Assembly (NCBI GenBank): GCA_001643675.2
Contig: LSRY02000016.1
Location: 1,550,001-1,614,000 of the forward strand
DNA: 64,000 nt
Source of the DNA: Monocercomonoides exilis PA203
Taxonomy: Eukaryota > Protista > Preaxostyla
Direction: 5' to 3'
The position numbers and the translations under genes were made by a program. The notes beneath the pieces are model-generated. The model was not told the origin of the DNA, made no database searches, and worked only from the letters and a program-made list of their open reading frames with translations. Every line of letters starts with the position of its first letter. The stretch's first letter is position 1. Of the stretch, positions 12,186 to 24,878 are shown piece by piece.

Positions 12186-15100
12186 ATGGAAGGATTATCC
12201 CATCAACCAAGTCAGCCAACCTTCCACTTCCTGCAAATCTTGTTCAGGAAGAGGAAAGCAAGTCAAAGAAGCTAAAAAGAAAGATCTGATCGAGAGGGAA
12301 AGGAAAGAACATTTCCTGTTTGATTCGAAATGAAGAGAGGAGAGAGAGAATGAACAGAGCAGGTGCAGCAGATACTGAAGAAGCACAAGAAGACAGTGAA
12401 GATGATGACAATAACAATAACGATGATAGTGACGTTAGTGATGATGAGGATAATTTGGATATAACACGATCTGCTGACATATCAAATGTCAATGAAACAG
12501 AAAAGACAACAGAAAGAGAAGAAGACTTAACTTCAAACCCTGCCCTGCGCTTCACTCCCAAGCAGCGAAAGATGCTTTCATCGGCATCCCAAAAGAGCAA
12601 TCAGAAGAAGTCGCATGTCACTTTCTCACACACCTTAACCATCGTCTGCGGAGAGCTCAGTCCAACCCATCTGCAGTTCACCTTTCCTTCAGCCAAGTCC
12701 ACAAAGGAAAATGGAGAGAAAGAAGAAGACGAAAACTCAATTGGCTCAGAAGGCAGCAGAGAAGCCAGACAGCACCCGCCAGAAGACACAGCAATCACAG
12801 TTTGGCTGCTGTTTCAGTGTCACGAATTCATCTTGTCTTGTCTGATATCAGAGCAGCACTCGGCAGAACAATTCAGGCACGCCTCAGATTAGCTGCGGAA
12901 AACGTGTTTGCGATTGCTTCTTCTTCGCCAAGTATGTCTTGTTAGACTGGCATGCCAATGCAAATGTCAATACCAGAAGGAGGAGGATGAGGAGCAGATG
13001 ACTTTGGGAATCCATCTGTTTTTATGGAGAAAGACAGACAGAAGACAGGGCTGGAGACGCTGTTTGTGCGGTAAATGCAGCAGATGGTGCAGAACGAATG
13101 CGCTGCTTTGCTTCATTTACTTGGAAAGGCTCTGTTTCATCTTTTCAACCAGCTCGGGTCACCTCAGCTTCCAAAGCCCATCACAATTCCGTCATCTCAC
13201 ACTCGGGTTACGGGGGGAATATTGGAGAATGCTGCGAACTCGTTTCTGAGTCTGCTGTGCGGCACGAGGCTGTTCAGCTTGGGAGAAGAAGATGAAGTGA
13301 GAGATGAACAACTGGTGGAGAGCATGAGAAAGGAGATGAATGAATGGAGAGGAGAAGGAAGGGCAGCTGTGGAAGGAGGGGACGAGGCAAGAGGCACGGC
13401 TGAGCTGTTCTGCGAAGAGAGAGGAATCAACGGCGCTGTTCCTGATGCGCAGAACAAGATCAATAGAAAGAATGATAACAATAACTTCTCTTTTGATGCT
13501 GTGGAAAGAGGGTCATGTGCAATCAGTGCGAATATTCTGCTTGACCCACTTTTGTTTGCTTCGTCTGTCTTTTTCGAAGACCAACAACTTCTGCTGTCTG
13601 CCTCAGAAAATGCAATTTTTGTTTCTCCACAGAAAACAGCATGGGTCACATCCATCGGAGAAACTCTGTTCGAACCGACAAATTAGACATTTCAGGTTGC
13701 TCTGCTGCGCATAGAGTATACACAGAAAGAAGGGCAATATTCGATTCTGCCTTCTCTTCTCAAGTTTTCATGGGTGCCTCTTGTCTACGTGTGCCCTTTC
13801 CAGCTTTCTCATCCTCTCACTCCAATTGTCATCACTTTGCCTTCAAAGCTGCTTTCAGCATCTTTCACTTCATCTTCCGAGTTCTCCATCCCTTCTCTAT
13901 TCACCTCATGTGTCGCTTCTATTTCCATTTCTCAGTCCATGCCACCCTTCAGCACAATACCTTCCATCGTCTCATTCTCCGCGCAGCCACTCTGCCCTTC
14001 TGCTGCATCGTCCAATCTCCCGCTGCTTCGTCTGCTGGCAACGCGGGCTGCACTCAATGCTATCGTCACCGCTACTCTCTTGCTGATGGTGAAGAAGGAC
14101 TTGCCTCACAAAATATCAGCTTTATTCGAGACACACTATGACCAGAAACCTTCCTCTTCTCCTTCGATGTCTATTTCTGCTTCTCTCATCCAGCGATTGA
14201 AGGCTGTTGGTGCTTCATTCACACAACAAGCCACACCTTCCGCTTTTGCTTCCGTTCAGCAAACATCTGAGCCTCAGTCGACTTCATTGGTTTTGAATGT
14301 TTCAACAAATTCACAAAACATGAATGGATCTTCAAACGCTGCTGTTGATGGAGCTAATACAACTTCTGTTGGCAATGCGATAAATGCGTCAGGAACAGCA
14401 AGTGGAAAAGGAGGAGAACTTTCCTATCAGATAAAGATGGACTAATTCTCAGTTATTCTTCCACATCAGCTGATGACAAGCATCACCTCCTCTCAGTCAC
14501 TTTTCTCTTCTCTTTCGAATTCTCCCTCTCCTTCTTCCTCTTCTCCGTCATTCACATAAAAAAAATTCTCCATCCTCAGTTTCTCTCCCTTTTCCTTTGA
14601 CTCATTCTCTTTCACTTCAGCGTTATCAACGAACATCTCCTTCTCTTTCTTTTCTCCCAGCTATCTGGAACAGTTCCTAAGAATTCGACGATGCGAAGTC
14701 AACTTTCTCGAATTCTTTCTCATTTGTTAAAGGATGCTCTTTCATCTTCACCTGCAACAATCCTCCTTGCCCTGCTTTTGTCACAGCTACCATCTGATTC
14801 ATCATCGTAGTCATCATCATCATCTTCTTCTTCTGATCGTATTTCTTCATTTTTTACATCTTCAAAAGTGATAATAACGGAAATAAAAAAGAATGGAATT
14901 AATGAAGAAAAGAAACTAGTTGAAGATGAGAAGATGATTGTTTAGTGAATGAAGAGAAGAAAGATAAAGAGAAAGATAAATTTATTAAAGACAGAATATA
15001 ATGAATGGAATTTGGATTTAAAAAATTGAAGAGATTTTAAAAGAAAAAAGGATAATATGGAAAAGGAGAGAAGTTGGAAGAGAAGACTTCAACGAGCAGT

Positions 15101-16550
15101 AAAAGGACTCTAAAACGGAGAAATAATCAATTGTTATTTATCTGAATCATTCCGTCTGCTGCTTCTTTTTCATGGGTGTCCTTAAGCACAGCAACAAACA
15201 GCAGGGAAGTGATGTAAGATGCGATGCTTTGGAGAGCTAATCGATGGTTGGGAAGCCACTTGGAAGTGCCAGAGAGTGCGCAGTCGCTTTATCAAAGCGA
15301 GGCAATGTTAAGCTCACAGGCATCATAGCAGATGATGTTGCTGCAGGCAAAGGTGTTGTTCGGGACAGGCTGATCAGTTGCAGGTGAACAAGCAGCTGTC
15401 GACATGCATACAGTTGTTCGCCTCTGAGCTAATCGAAAGAAACGGTGGTGAAGAAGGAGAACATTATGCTGAAGAAGCTTATTGACTGATTTAACACAGT
15501 GAGATGAGAATAAACCCTGAAACCTCCAATGACGAGATCCGCGGAAATGAGATGCTTAAGGGATCAGCTGGAGCCATCGTCGAACACGAGAACAAGCGAG
15601 GCAACATTGAGCGTGGAGAGGTTGATGCTGGAGAAAAAGAAATAGGAATCAGGGAGAGTACAAGAGCGCACTGAAAGATGCGGAAGGAATGGATAGGTTC
15701 GTTGGAAAGGAGAAGGGTGTCTAGGCAAGAACAAAGGAGCGTGGAGTTGAGGAGGGTGAACACATCGGCTAGAGAAAAGAGGGAGGAGGACACAGCAAGC
15801 GATCAGTTGAGGAGGTCGAAGACTTAGGTGCAGGTGAATATGAAAGAGGAATAGACGGAGAAGTGGTGGCTGGAGCACATGCAGGTATTGAAAAAAACGA
15901 CAAGAACAATGAGAAAATGGTTGTGAAGCGTTCATGAACAAGACTTAATGAGACAGATACGATTCGGATGTCGGAAAGACAACCCTGGCGGAAGATGTGG
16001 AGATGGGCTATGGAGAGGAAGGCACAGGGCGCAAGCGGGGAGCCGCACTGACGGGCGGAGGAGCAGGCTTCTTGGTAGATTCAAATCTGGTTAGAGCGTT
16101 AGAAGGTGAAGAAGGGGAGGAAGAAGACATTCACATCGAGGTCAAGACCGGACTGTGAGGAGTCTGAACTGCAGATGGATGTGCTAGCAGCAAGAGAAGG
16201 ATAGGTGAAGTCGAGAAAAAAGAGTGACTCATTGTTTTGGGCATGAATGCTGGAACAACGAAGAAAGATATCCATGTTCACAAAACAGTTCAAACAACAG
16301 CCCACAAAATAGCGCCAGAGACAAAACAACAGTTTCACATTGCTTTGTTCAATTTTCGGGAGAATAAGAAAAAATGCATTGATAGAGGTGGAACATACGA
16401 TGATTCCGGTTTGATGCTCAGCTACGGAGGATAATACTCTGGCTGACTCAACATTTGCTTCAAGAGCAAGAAGAGTTGGAAGAGGAAGGAAAAAAGCATT
16501 CTGCTGAAAATTCATTGTTTAACCGCAAACTTGCCAACTTCTTTCTCGAC
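12186..16550 (+). pseudogene. Large low-complexity hypothetical gene with premature stops
   Basis: ORFs 12320-12892 and 12908-13249, and 13075-13686 and 13774-14445, each continue in frame across single stops; acidic and Ser-rich tracts; strongly decayed after about 14500. Confidence 0.5.
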
Positions 16551-17743
16551 TAAAATGCAGAAGGATCTCTGTCAGGAAATTCAACTGAGTTTGCAAAGAT
16601 AAAGGAAGGAGAAGAAACAGAAAAGAACAGAGAACACAGAGAATGTGAGATCTTTGGAGTCGTTGAAGCAATAGAATGCGATGCCAAAAAGAAAAAGATG
16701 AAAAATGAGAATATTTGAAGAAGAGGAAGAAGAAGAAATGAGTATGGTTGTGGTGCTGAAGCTTTTTTAGAAAAAAAGTGAAAATTCCCCAATTACCTTT
16801 TATTTATTCATTATTTCATTACAATTTTTTAAACTTTGTTTGATCAATTAATAAAAAAACAAGTTTTAAGAATTAATGTTTTTTAACAATAATTAACAAC
16901 AAAGCGTTGTTTATTAGAAAAATATCTAGCTTTCAATCATGTTTTTGTCTCTTTGCTTTTAAAATTGTTTGATTTCTACAAACGTTTTTTGATCTTCAAC
17001 AGCAATTTTTGAATTTCTTTCCAATAACATCATTAAACTAATTTAATACTGAAATTTAATTAATAGCATATTGTTTTGATTGTTTTCATGTTTTTCAAAC
17101 TAGTGAACTTTTGTTTTTTTTCTGTTTATCAAATTTTCGAAATTTTTTGAAAATTTTTTTTAAGTTTTTTTCAAAATAAGTAATAAAAACAATTTTTATA
17201 AATTTAAAATCAACAAATAAATTATTATAATAATAAATTAATGCATATTTTCTCAAATTTTTTCAGAAATATTTTCTAATTAACCAAACCCTTAATGAAA
17301 AATTATTATGATCAAACTTCGTAATTTTTTATGATATCAAAAAAAATCACCCATGTGACATATTCAAGATAGACAATAATATCCAGATAAAATACATTGA
17401 TTTCGGCAACATGGAAAAAATTGATAGATATTATTATTATCACGGATCATGTGGATTTATGATCCCAAAAAAAAAATCACTTGTATCAACTTCTGCATGA
17501 TTAATCTTACTCATATCGTTTCAAAAACAGTTATTTTTTTGATAAATTTTTTAAAAGAGTAATATTTATATAAATATTATAAAATATTGATTTTCGAACT
17601 TTTTGTGCACAAATTTGATTATGCCGTTAAATTGATATTATTTTTTTGAATTTTTATTCACCAAAAACATTTTAGAAAAAACTTTTGCGACAATTATATT
17701 TTTTGTGTTTTGTGTCTGTCGAAAAATCAACTAGCGTCGAGAT

Positions 17744-17744
<1 letters not shown>

Positions 17745-17798
<54 letters not shown>
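17745..17798. repeat. poly(dT) tract
   Basis: About 54 consecutive T. Confidence 0.95.
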
Positions 17799-18236
17799 CT
17801 CAAATGAACAAATAATGAAATAATAGTGAATTAAATTTATCTATTTCTTGTTTTATTGTTTCTATAAAAACTTTTCGATAATTTTCATAACAATATTATT
17901 AATAAGACATTGATCATGTTGATGTGGGATTGATCCATATTGTTTTTTATTACAACAATGACCTATCAATTCACAGATGTTGTTTGCCGCAGTTCTCACA
18001 TATATTTGAAAAGAAGTTACAGCTTTCATAGTTTGTTTTTTGTGAAAAGAAGAATTTATTTGTTTACAAATCCTTGTTTATTATTGTGTCTGTTTTTGTA
18101 TCATTTTGGTTTTGTCATAAAAAATGTTTTCAACTTTCATTATTTCTATTAATTTCAAACTTTAAAAGGTGAAATTCCTGATTAGATTTTCACTTGAAAA
18201 CTGTGAGAAAAAAATTGAAAATTCAAAGTTGATTGG

Positions 18237-18848
18237 GCATAAGTGTAACAAAATACCTCCTTCAATTTTAAGATTTTTTTCTTTTCAATAAAAAAGAAAT
18301 AAAGAGCAGAAAAAATAAACACTTTTGAGTGGAGCAGTTTTTTGAAACTTTAACAAAAATTATCCCAGAAAATCTTTTATGATAAATCCCATTATAAAAT
18401 CTTCTATTATGTCTTTTTTTGTTTTCCACACGAATGCTTCTAACTTAAAGATCAAACAGCATATTGCTCAGAACAATTTTTTAAAAAGGAGCAAATTAGG
18501 TGTTCATTGAAACTTCCTTTATTATTTGGGTGACTATTTTTGAAGTCATATATTTTCAAACATAAATTACGGTACGAAAATATATCTTGAATAACAAAAG
18601 AAAAAAATTGAAAAAAGAAAATGTTTGTTGAAAACATTTTATTTTTTGATTCGGTGAAAAACATTTGTTTTAAAAAAAATAACAATGCTTTTTCTCTTTT
18701 GAATAAATTTTTTCTTTTGAAAAACTTTCAATCTCTGAAAAATCAACACCCCGAAAAAATATATGATCTCAAAAATAATCACCCATTTTTTTAAACGTTA
18801 TTCTCAAAATTTTTGTTAATTTAATCCACACGTCTGCATTTACATTAT
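18237..18848. repeat. Left 612-bp TIR
   Basis: Reverse complement of 24267-24878; only two mismatches noticed, both near the ends; identical 77-aa ORF calls in both arms. Confidence 0.95.
18528..18784. mobile_element. 257-bp MITE embedded in the left TIR
   Basis: Ends GGGTGACTATTTTTGAAGTCATA and TATGATCTCAAAAATAATCACCC; a free diverged copy of the same length lies at 60241-60497. Confidence 0.7.
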
Positions 18849-19129
18849 TTAGTTTTTATTACATATTTATTTATCTTTATATTTTGATTTAATGAAGAAA
18901 TATATGATTGATATTGATTTAATATTGCATTCATGCTGAAAGCGGAAAATTATTAAAACATTTCATTTTGAATGTGAAACTGTTTCAATCAAAAAACGAA
19001 GAACACTTTTTATAATTTTTGAATAGGAATCGATTTGAGCAATTTCAATATGAAAATTTGTATTATTTCATCCATTTGGAATGCTACATTATTTTTAATT
19101 GTTCTGTAAAGTTTGAAAATAAAAAATCA

Positions 19130-21664
19130 GGCAAGTTCCAAGTATATGGACCATCGATAAAAAATATTTCTATCATCGTACACGAAAGAAAATGCTACAA
19201 TAATTAATTTAAAATTTGCTATTTCTGTCGAAAATGCTTTGTTATAATCTTTCTATTTCTTATTTTGATCTATCCCATAAAAATTTTCTAACTTTCTTGA
19301 TTTTGTTTTGTCTCATTATTTAATGTTTGGAGCTTCATCTTCTCATACTCACGAATAAAATCTCATAGGTTTATTATTATACGCTTAATGCTGTTTCACT
19401 AACTGTCGCTTCATCAATTTTGAATGTTACTATTAACATTATTCAATAACTTTATGTTTTTAATCAATTTGATAAATTTCTAAGCCAAAAATGAGTACAC
19501 TAATTGCATTATATAAAAGCTTTCTTTTGAAAACTAATTTAACGAAATATCTGCACAGTTGACCGGCAATTTTGAATTGAATGCATTGCAATATTTGACT
19601 TAAGAAATCCTGGAAAATAAAGTGTTCAAGTCATAGATGCTTCGTATGCTTTCTTGTTATATTCCGATTCTTCTGGCCGAAAAAGAAAGTACTACTGTGT
19701 GATGATGATATAGGCAGATTGAAGGGAATTTTTTTCAAAATAAGAAGTGATAATTTTTTTGAAGTTTGCATCCGGCCACATTACAGAACTGTCTGAGAAA
19801 GCCTCGATGAATGAATGGTCAACTTTTGGAATAAATGAAGGCTGATCAGATAATTTTGTTCCAAATACAACTTCTGATAGCTGCTGTCTTGATGCATTCA
19901 AGCGGATGGACGAGAACGAAACAATGCTCAAACACAAACAATGACTCTCAGCATAAATAATGGTGTTTGCCAAATATGCCGGATCTTTTAACGTGATTGC
20001 GCAGTCACTCAGCATTATATTTCCTCTTCTCACGCCTAGAAAGAGCGATGCGATTAAGTAAAACACTGTCCAAAGACGACGTTTATCTTCAAAAACTGGC
20101 CTTCCAGTGAAGAGTCAACAACAATATTCGATTTTTCATTTGATTTTGTGATTTCTGAGCAAATAAAACCTCAGTCTGTGTGTTTCCAACAGCCTGAACT
20201 GTCACAGAATGAATGATTGTTTCAACTGAAACAATGACTTTTCCCGTCACAAACACTTTTTTTGGATGATCCTTTGTTCAGATGCTGTGCAGCTTCACTA
20301 AGTGTCTATCACGTATTTTCCATTCTCTCGCAGTCCTTCTCGTTCTTCCCTTTCTCTCCAGACACAAATATCCGCTCTGACTTTTTAAACACAATAAATG
20401 GCACCAAATCAATTGACCCCTCGTTTTCTTCGTCTGCCCCAAAGAAAGCATTTGGACTTTTCCATTCAGTCCAATCAAACGTTAACCTTTCAATGACAAC
20501 AGAGTCATTCAAATCAGAGCTCGGTGTAAACATGTTGTTTCCATCATATACTTCATTGTCAGAATACACCAAATCAGTCAAAGAAAATGCATCTATCGAA
20601 TTGCGATAGCTTTGATGCAAAAACCCTCCTTTTCCTTTGAAAGTCAAACAAACGCAAACAATTCAAAATTCACACCATATCCCAGATTATTCGCTGAAAT
20701 AAACATTTTTCTTCTTTTGTATTCTTTGTTTACCAAAACACTTTTTTCTTTCAATGAATGCCTATTATTATTGTCAGAAATACACATCTAATTGATTTCT
20801 CCATCGCATCATTCAGAGCTTCCGTAGATACTGTTCGTTGCTCCTTCATTCCTCATCTTCAGCTGTCCAACTTCTGCTTTCTTCTCAAAAGACATCGATC
20901 CTCCCTTTTTGCATCCCTCTGTGTCAAGTTTTTGTAAGGTGCATCCAACAACATCGATTTCGAAGCTGCTCCAAAGAGTGAACATCATAAAGCACAGATT
21001 TGATGCTCAGCTGATAAAGCTGCAAAACGAAGAGGCGTTCAGCAGATAAACTGCTGTTAATGAATCTCTTTCTTTTTTTAAATATTTTTTCGGTATTCGC
21101 AATAAAAATAATAAATAAGTTATACAACAATTTCATAAATGTAATTTTGTGAAAGATTTTGGCCTCAAAATAAAACTGAGCTTCGATATCATCTAAGAAT
21201 ACAATGTTAATATTGATGTTGCCTTTTTCATTTCAATCAATAATTCAATTAACACAAAACTGTGCGCTTTTTGCGATTTATAATTTTTTACTAATTTTTG
21301 AAGTTGGAGCATTCCTTTGTGCTCGAAGTTACCTGTGCGAAAGAGAAAACTCAATTGTGCAACTATCTTTCGAAAAAATACTGCAAAATGTGAAAAAGTT
21401 ACTTATTTGTATTTCTCAAAATATTGCTACGACAAAAATTATCATGTGAAAATAATATATGTGCATGTTTAAAAAAAATCAAAGAATAAAAAACATAGAT
21501 GGTTTGAAAATACTTATGAGATAGATCAAAATAAGAAATAGAAAGATTATAACAAAGCATTTTCGACAGAAATAGCAAATTTTAAATTAATTATTGTAGC
21601 ATTTTCTTTCGTGTACGATGATAGAAATATTTTTTATCGATGGTCCATATACTTGGAACTTGCC
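19130..21664. mobile_element. Nested non-autonomous Merlin-like element with gene-fragment cargo, 2535 bp
   Basis: Perfect 145-bp TIRs (19130-19274 and 21520-21664) starting GGCAAGTTCC; 8-bp TSD AAAAATCA at 19122-19129 and 21665-21672. Confidence 0.9.
19692..21050 (-). pseudogene. Cargo: decayed beta-helix family fragments
   Basis: 20650-20930 reads EGCKKGGSMSFEKKAEVGQLKMRNEGATNSIYGSSE*, matching ERCKKGGAITIELKEVDGQLKMRNVGVTNSICSSSEG at 36800; it is followed by a different piece (KGKGGFL..YSDNEVYDGNNMF). Confidence 0.65.
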
Positions 21665-21849
21665 AAAAATCACAATCGGAAAGTATTTCTTTCTAATTCT
21701 TGACTTCATTCTAATGAAAAGATCGTTATTATATTTTTCACGGTTGTTTGAAATGAGTATTTATCACATGATGCATGAAAACAAAATTGAATTGGATTGA
21801 AATGATGAAAAACGAAAGTTTTAAATTATACAAATATTTGTTTTATTTA

Positions 21850-23620
21850 TGTGTGAATTTTCAATGAAACGTTATACTGTTGCTGTTGATGTTGTTTTTT
21901 TGAAAGTGGAGTCTTTGTCAGACACAGGCAATGCAACAAATTTCTGCTTTGCTGGTATTGAATTTCTTGTCAAATGGTTATCAAAAAAAAATCCTTCCCT
22001 ATTATTTTCCATTCTGAAAGAAAATTCTTCTGTTTCTGAAAAAAAAATGAGAATTCGACTTTTTCTTATTCAAACTTTTCCTTTCTTCTTCTTTTTCACA
22101 ACACTTTACACACATACAGATGGAGTTATTCCTTTTTTATTGGTTGACTGCGTCATATGGGACCAATTTGATGAAAAAAAAGAAACTTTTGTAAATAAAA
22201 TAAAAAAGAAAGTTGCGACGGAAATTGAAAAAGAGACGAATCGGATTATATTTCCTTAAAAGATGAGAGGAAAAGGAGATTGAGCACGAAGATGAATTCC
22301 CAGAAGAAATGGACGGGAATATATATGCAGAAGAAGACGGTGATGCGAAGAAGTGAATATCTTCATTTATCTGTTTTAATTGTTTTTTCAAGTGTTTATT
22401 CATGGAAAGAGTTGTTTTGAAATCAGTGTTTCGAAATAAGCAGAGTATTGGAAGACGAAGGGATGTTTTTCTCATCTACCGTGATGTTGTTGTCCTCCAC
22501 AAGCACTTTCTTTCCCAGGGAGGAGTGTTTTTCATTCTTGATGGAGCTTTTGAACGTTGAAGACTTCAGCGGTATGAGCACTGGGTTCTGAGTGATCCGC
22601 TTTTTTGTTTCATTAGTGCTATACTGATGAATGAACTTCACCACAAATATGCTGAAGTCCAATTTTTGTGTTGGTGTCAATGAGCCACATATTGTCCCAA
22701 TCTGAGTATCTGTTGCGGTGTGGCGGAGTGCACCGAAGAGAGAAAGATCGCACTGATTACTGAAGCTGAAGGAAAAGGATTGAATGACAATGAACGAGGT
22801 ACGGAAGTGGATGATTGTTTGTGTCGACGATAATATCATTGGAGATGAAAGCAATGAGGATAGAGAAGACTGTAAAGAAGATATCTTTGAAATCCAGAAC
22901 TGTTTCTTGGGAGCGAAAAGTTGTTGAGCACATTTGTTGTTGCGGCAGGTGCAAAGAGGAGTAACTGAAACGATGAACATTCATCAGCAAAAGAGAAGAA
23001 GTGGATATTTTGAGTGTGCTGTCAGCTGGATTCATGGTATTCACTCACTTGCTGAGGAGAAGATACAGGTTCAGAGAAATTGTCCAAGAATGTTTCGCAA
23101 ATGGTAAATCATCACGATTTGTGAATGTTTCTTCCATTTGAGCTCTAAGGCATCTCCTATTTTATGAGATGCTTGTTTCCACATGTATTGTTTCAGCCAA
23201 ATTTCTGCTATGTGAAGTCCTGCTCTGTGATGAGGTATCTGTTGAATATGTATTACACTCCTTTTGAATGCAAATGAACACAAAATTACTTCAGCGCTCC
23301 ACAAAAGTCGAAAACGCCGAATCCATCTGTAGGATGAGGGAACAAATAATAATTTTCTGAAACGTGCATAGATGCAACTTGCTGAATGATTCAGCATCAT
23401 GATTGTAATTTACAAGATGAGGATCTTATCTTCTGGCATCCTTGATGAAAAGGTTCTTTCTTCCACCACAATCATTGGAGAAAAAAAATATCTGAAGTCA
23501 AAAAGCGATGTCTGAAAATGAAACAGTTACTGCTGAGTTTTCAAGAATGATGGCTTTGAGGAAGAAAACAAGGAAGATAACGAGAATATATTGATAAAAA
23601 TATTCTGTTGGAAGAATAAG
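21850..23620 (+). pseudogene. Cargo: decayed fragment of an unidentified gene
   Basis: Coding-like composition with acidic stretches and many stops; strand assignment tentative. Confidence 0.3.
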
Positions 23621-23624
23621 AAGA

Positions 23625-24090
23625 AAAGATTAGATGCGATCTGCCATTTTACACAGTATTATTAGCTGTTCCTGAATTCCACACTCTTTGTGTTGGAGTT
23701 ATTGAGCCACATTGCAGGAATGGGGTTTGTGCGATACTGCTTCCCCTGAAGAACACATCATTTCCTCTTTCATTTTTGGAAGTGTTACCATCAAAGAAAC
23801 AGAACGTGATGAATTTTATTCCACTCATCCAAGTGAAGGTGTTTGTGCAACACAGCGCGGAGCCAATATTGGAAGTTGAAATTGATGTCAATTTGTTATC
23901 GACGAACTGGCAACTATTTCTAATAAATTGACTTGGCTTATTGCTTGTTGGATTTTGAAAAATAAGAAAGTCAGCGCAATCACCTCCAGAATTAAAGAAG
24001 CGCTTATATTTGATAAACCGAATTTGAGTATTTTTTGAACGTTTTTTAGCCTGAAATTCAAATCATTTCCTATCAATTGTTTATTTAACA
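23625..24090 (-). pseudogene. Cargo: N-terminal-module fragment of beta-helix family
   Basis: WMSGIKFITFCFFDGNTSKNERGNDVFFRGSSIAQTPFLQCGS matches WMNGTKFITFCFFDGNTATNGRGNDVFFSGNAITQSPFQQCCS of the 3961 ORF. Confidence 0.8.
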
Positions 24091-24266
24091 AATTCTATTA
24101 TAAAATTTTGAGAATGACCAAGCAGAACATTTTGTATTTTTCAATATTGTTAAGAATATACCTTAAAGTGTGAATCATCAATAAAAAAAAGATATCTCCT
24201 TACCATCCTTTTCGAATTTGTTCTTCATAACGCAGATTTATAATCTTAAGTTTCAAATTTGCAAAC

Positions 24267-24878
24267 ATAATGAAAATGCAGACGTGTGGATTAAATTAAC
24301 AAAAATTTTGAGAATAACGTTTAAAAAAATGGGTGATTATTTTTGAGATCATATATTTTTTCGGGGTGTTGATTTTTCAGAGATTGAAAGTTTTTCAAAA
24401 GAAAAAATTTATTCAAAAGAGAAAAAGCATTGTTATTTTTTTTAAAACAAATGTTTTTCACCGAATCAAAAAATAAAATGTTTTCAACAAACATTTTCTT
24501 TTTTCAATTTTTTTCTTTTGTTATTCAAGATATATTTTCGTACCGTAATTTATGTTTGAAAATATATGACTTCAAAAATAGTCACCCAAATAATAAAGGA
24601 AGTTTCAATGAACACCTAATTTGCTCCTTTTTAAAAAATTGTTCTGAGCAATATGCTGTTTGATCTTTAAGTTAGAAGCATTCGTGTGGAAAACAAAAAA
24701 AGACATAATAGAAGATTTTATAATGGGATTTATCATAAAAGATTTTCTGGGATAATTTTTGTTAAAGTTTCAAAAAACTGCTCCACTCAAAAGTGTTTAT
24801 TTTTTCTGCTCTTTATTTCTTTTTTATTGAAAAGAAAAAAATCTTAAAATTGAAGGAGGTATTTTGTTGCACTTATGC
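24267..24878. repeat. Right 612-bp TIR (contains MITE copy 24331-24587)
   Basis: Reverse complement of 18237-18848. Confidence 0.95.

Noticed and set aside
12890-14445. TAA/TAG = Gln recoding, as in some oxymonads, suggested by in-frame TAG/TAA stops and a TAG at a likely Gln in the Merlin remnant
   Set aside because: The 709-aa and 1301-aa ORFs contain many Gln with no internal TAR, the latter ends on TAA just after its last repeat, and TGA stops and frameshifts interrupt genes too; ordinary pseudogenisation fits better.
18452-24663. Two identical 77-aa ORFs as a duplicated gene
   Set aside because: They are a by-product of the 612-bp inverted repeat; TTG start and Phe/Lys-rich non-coding composition.
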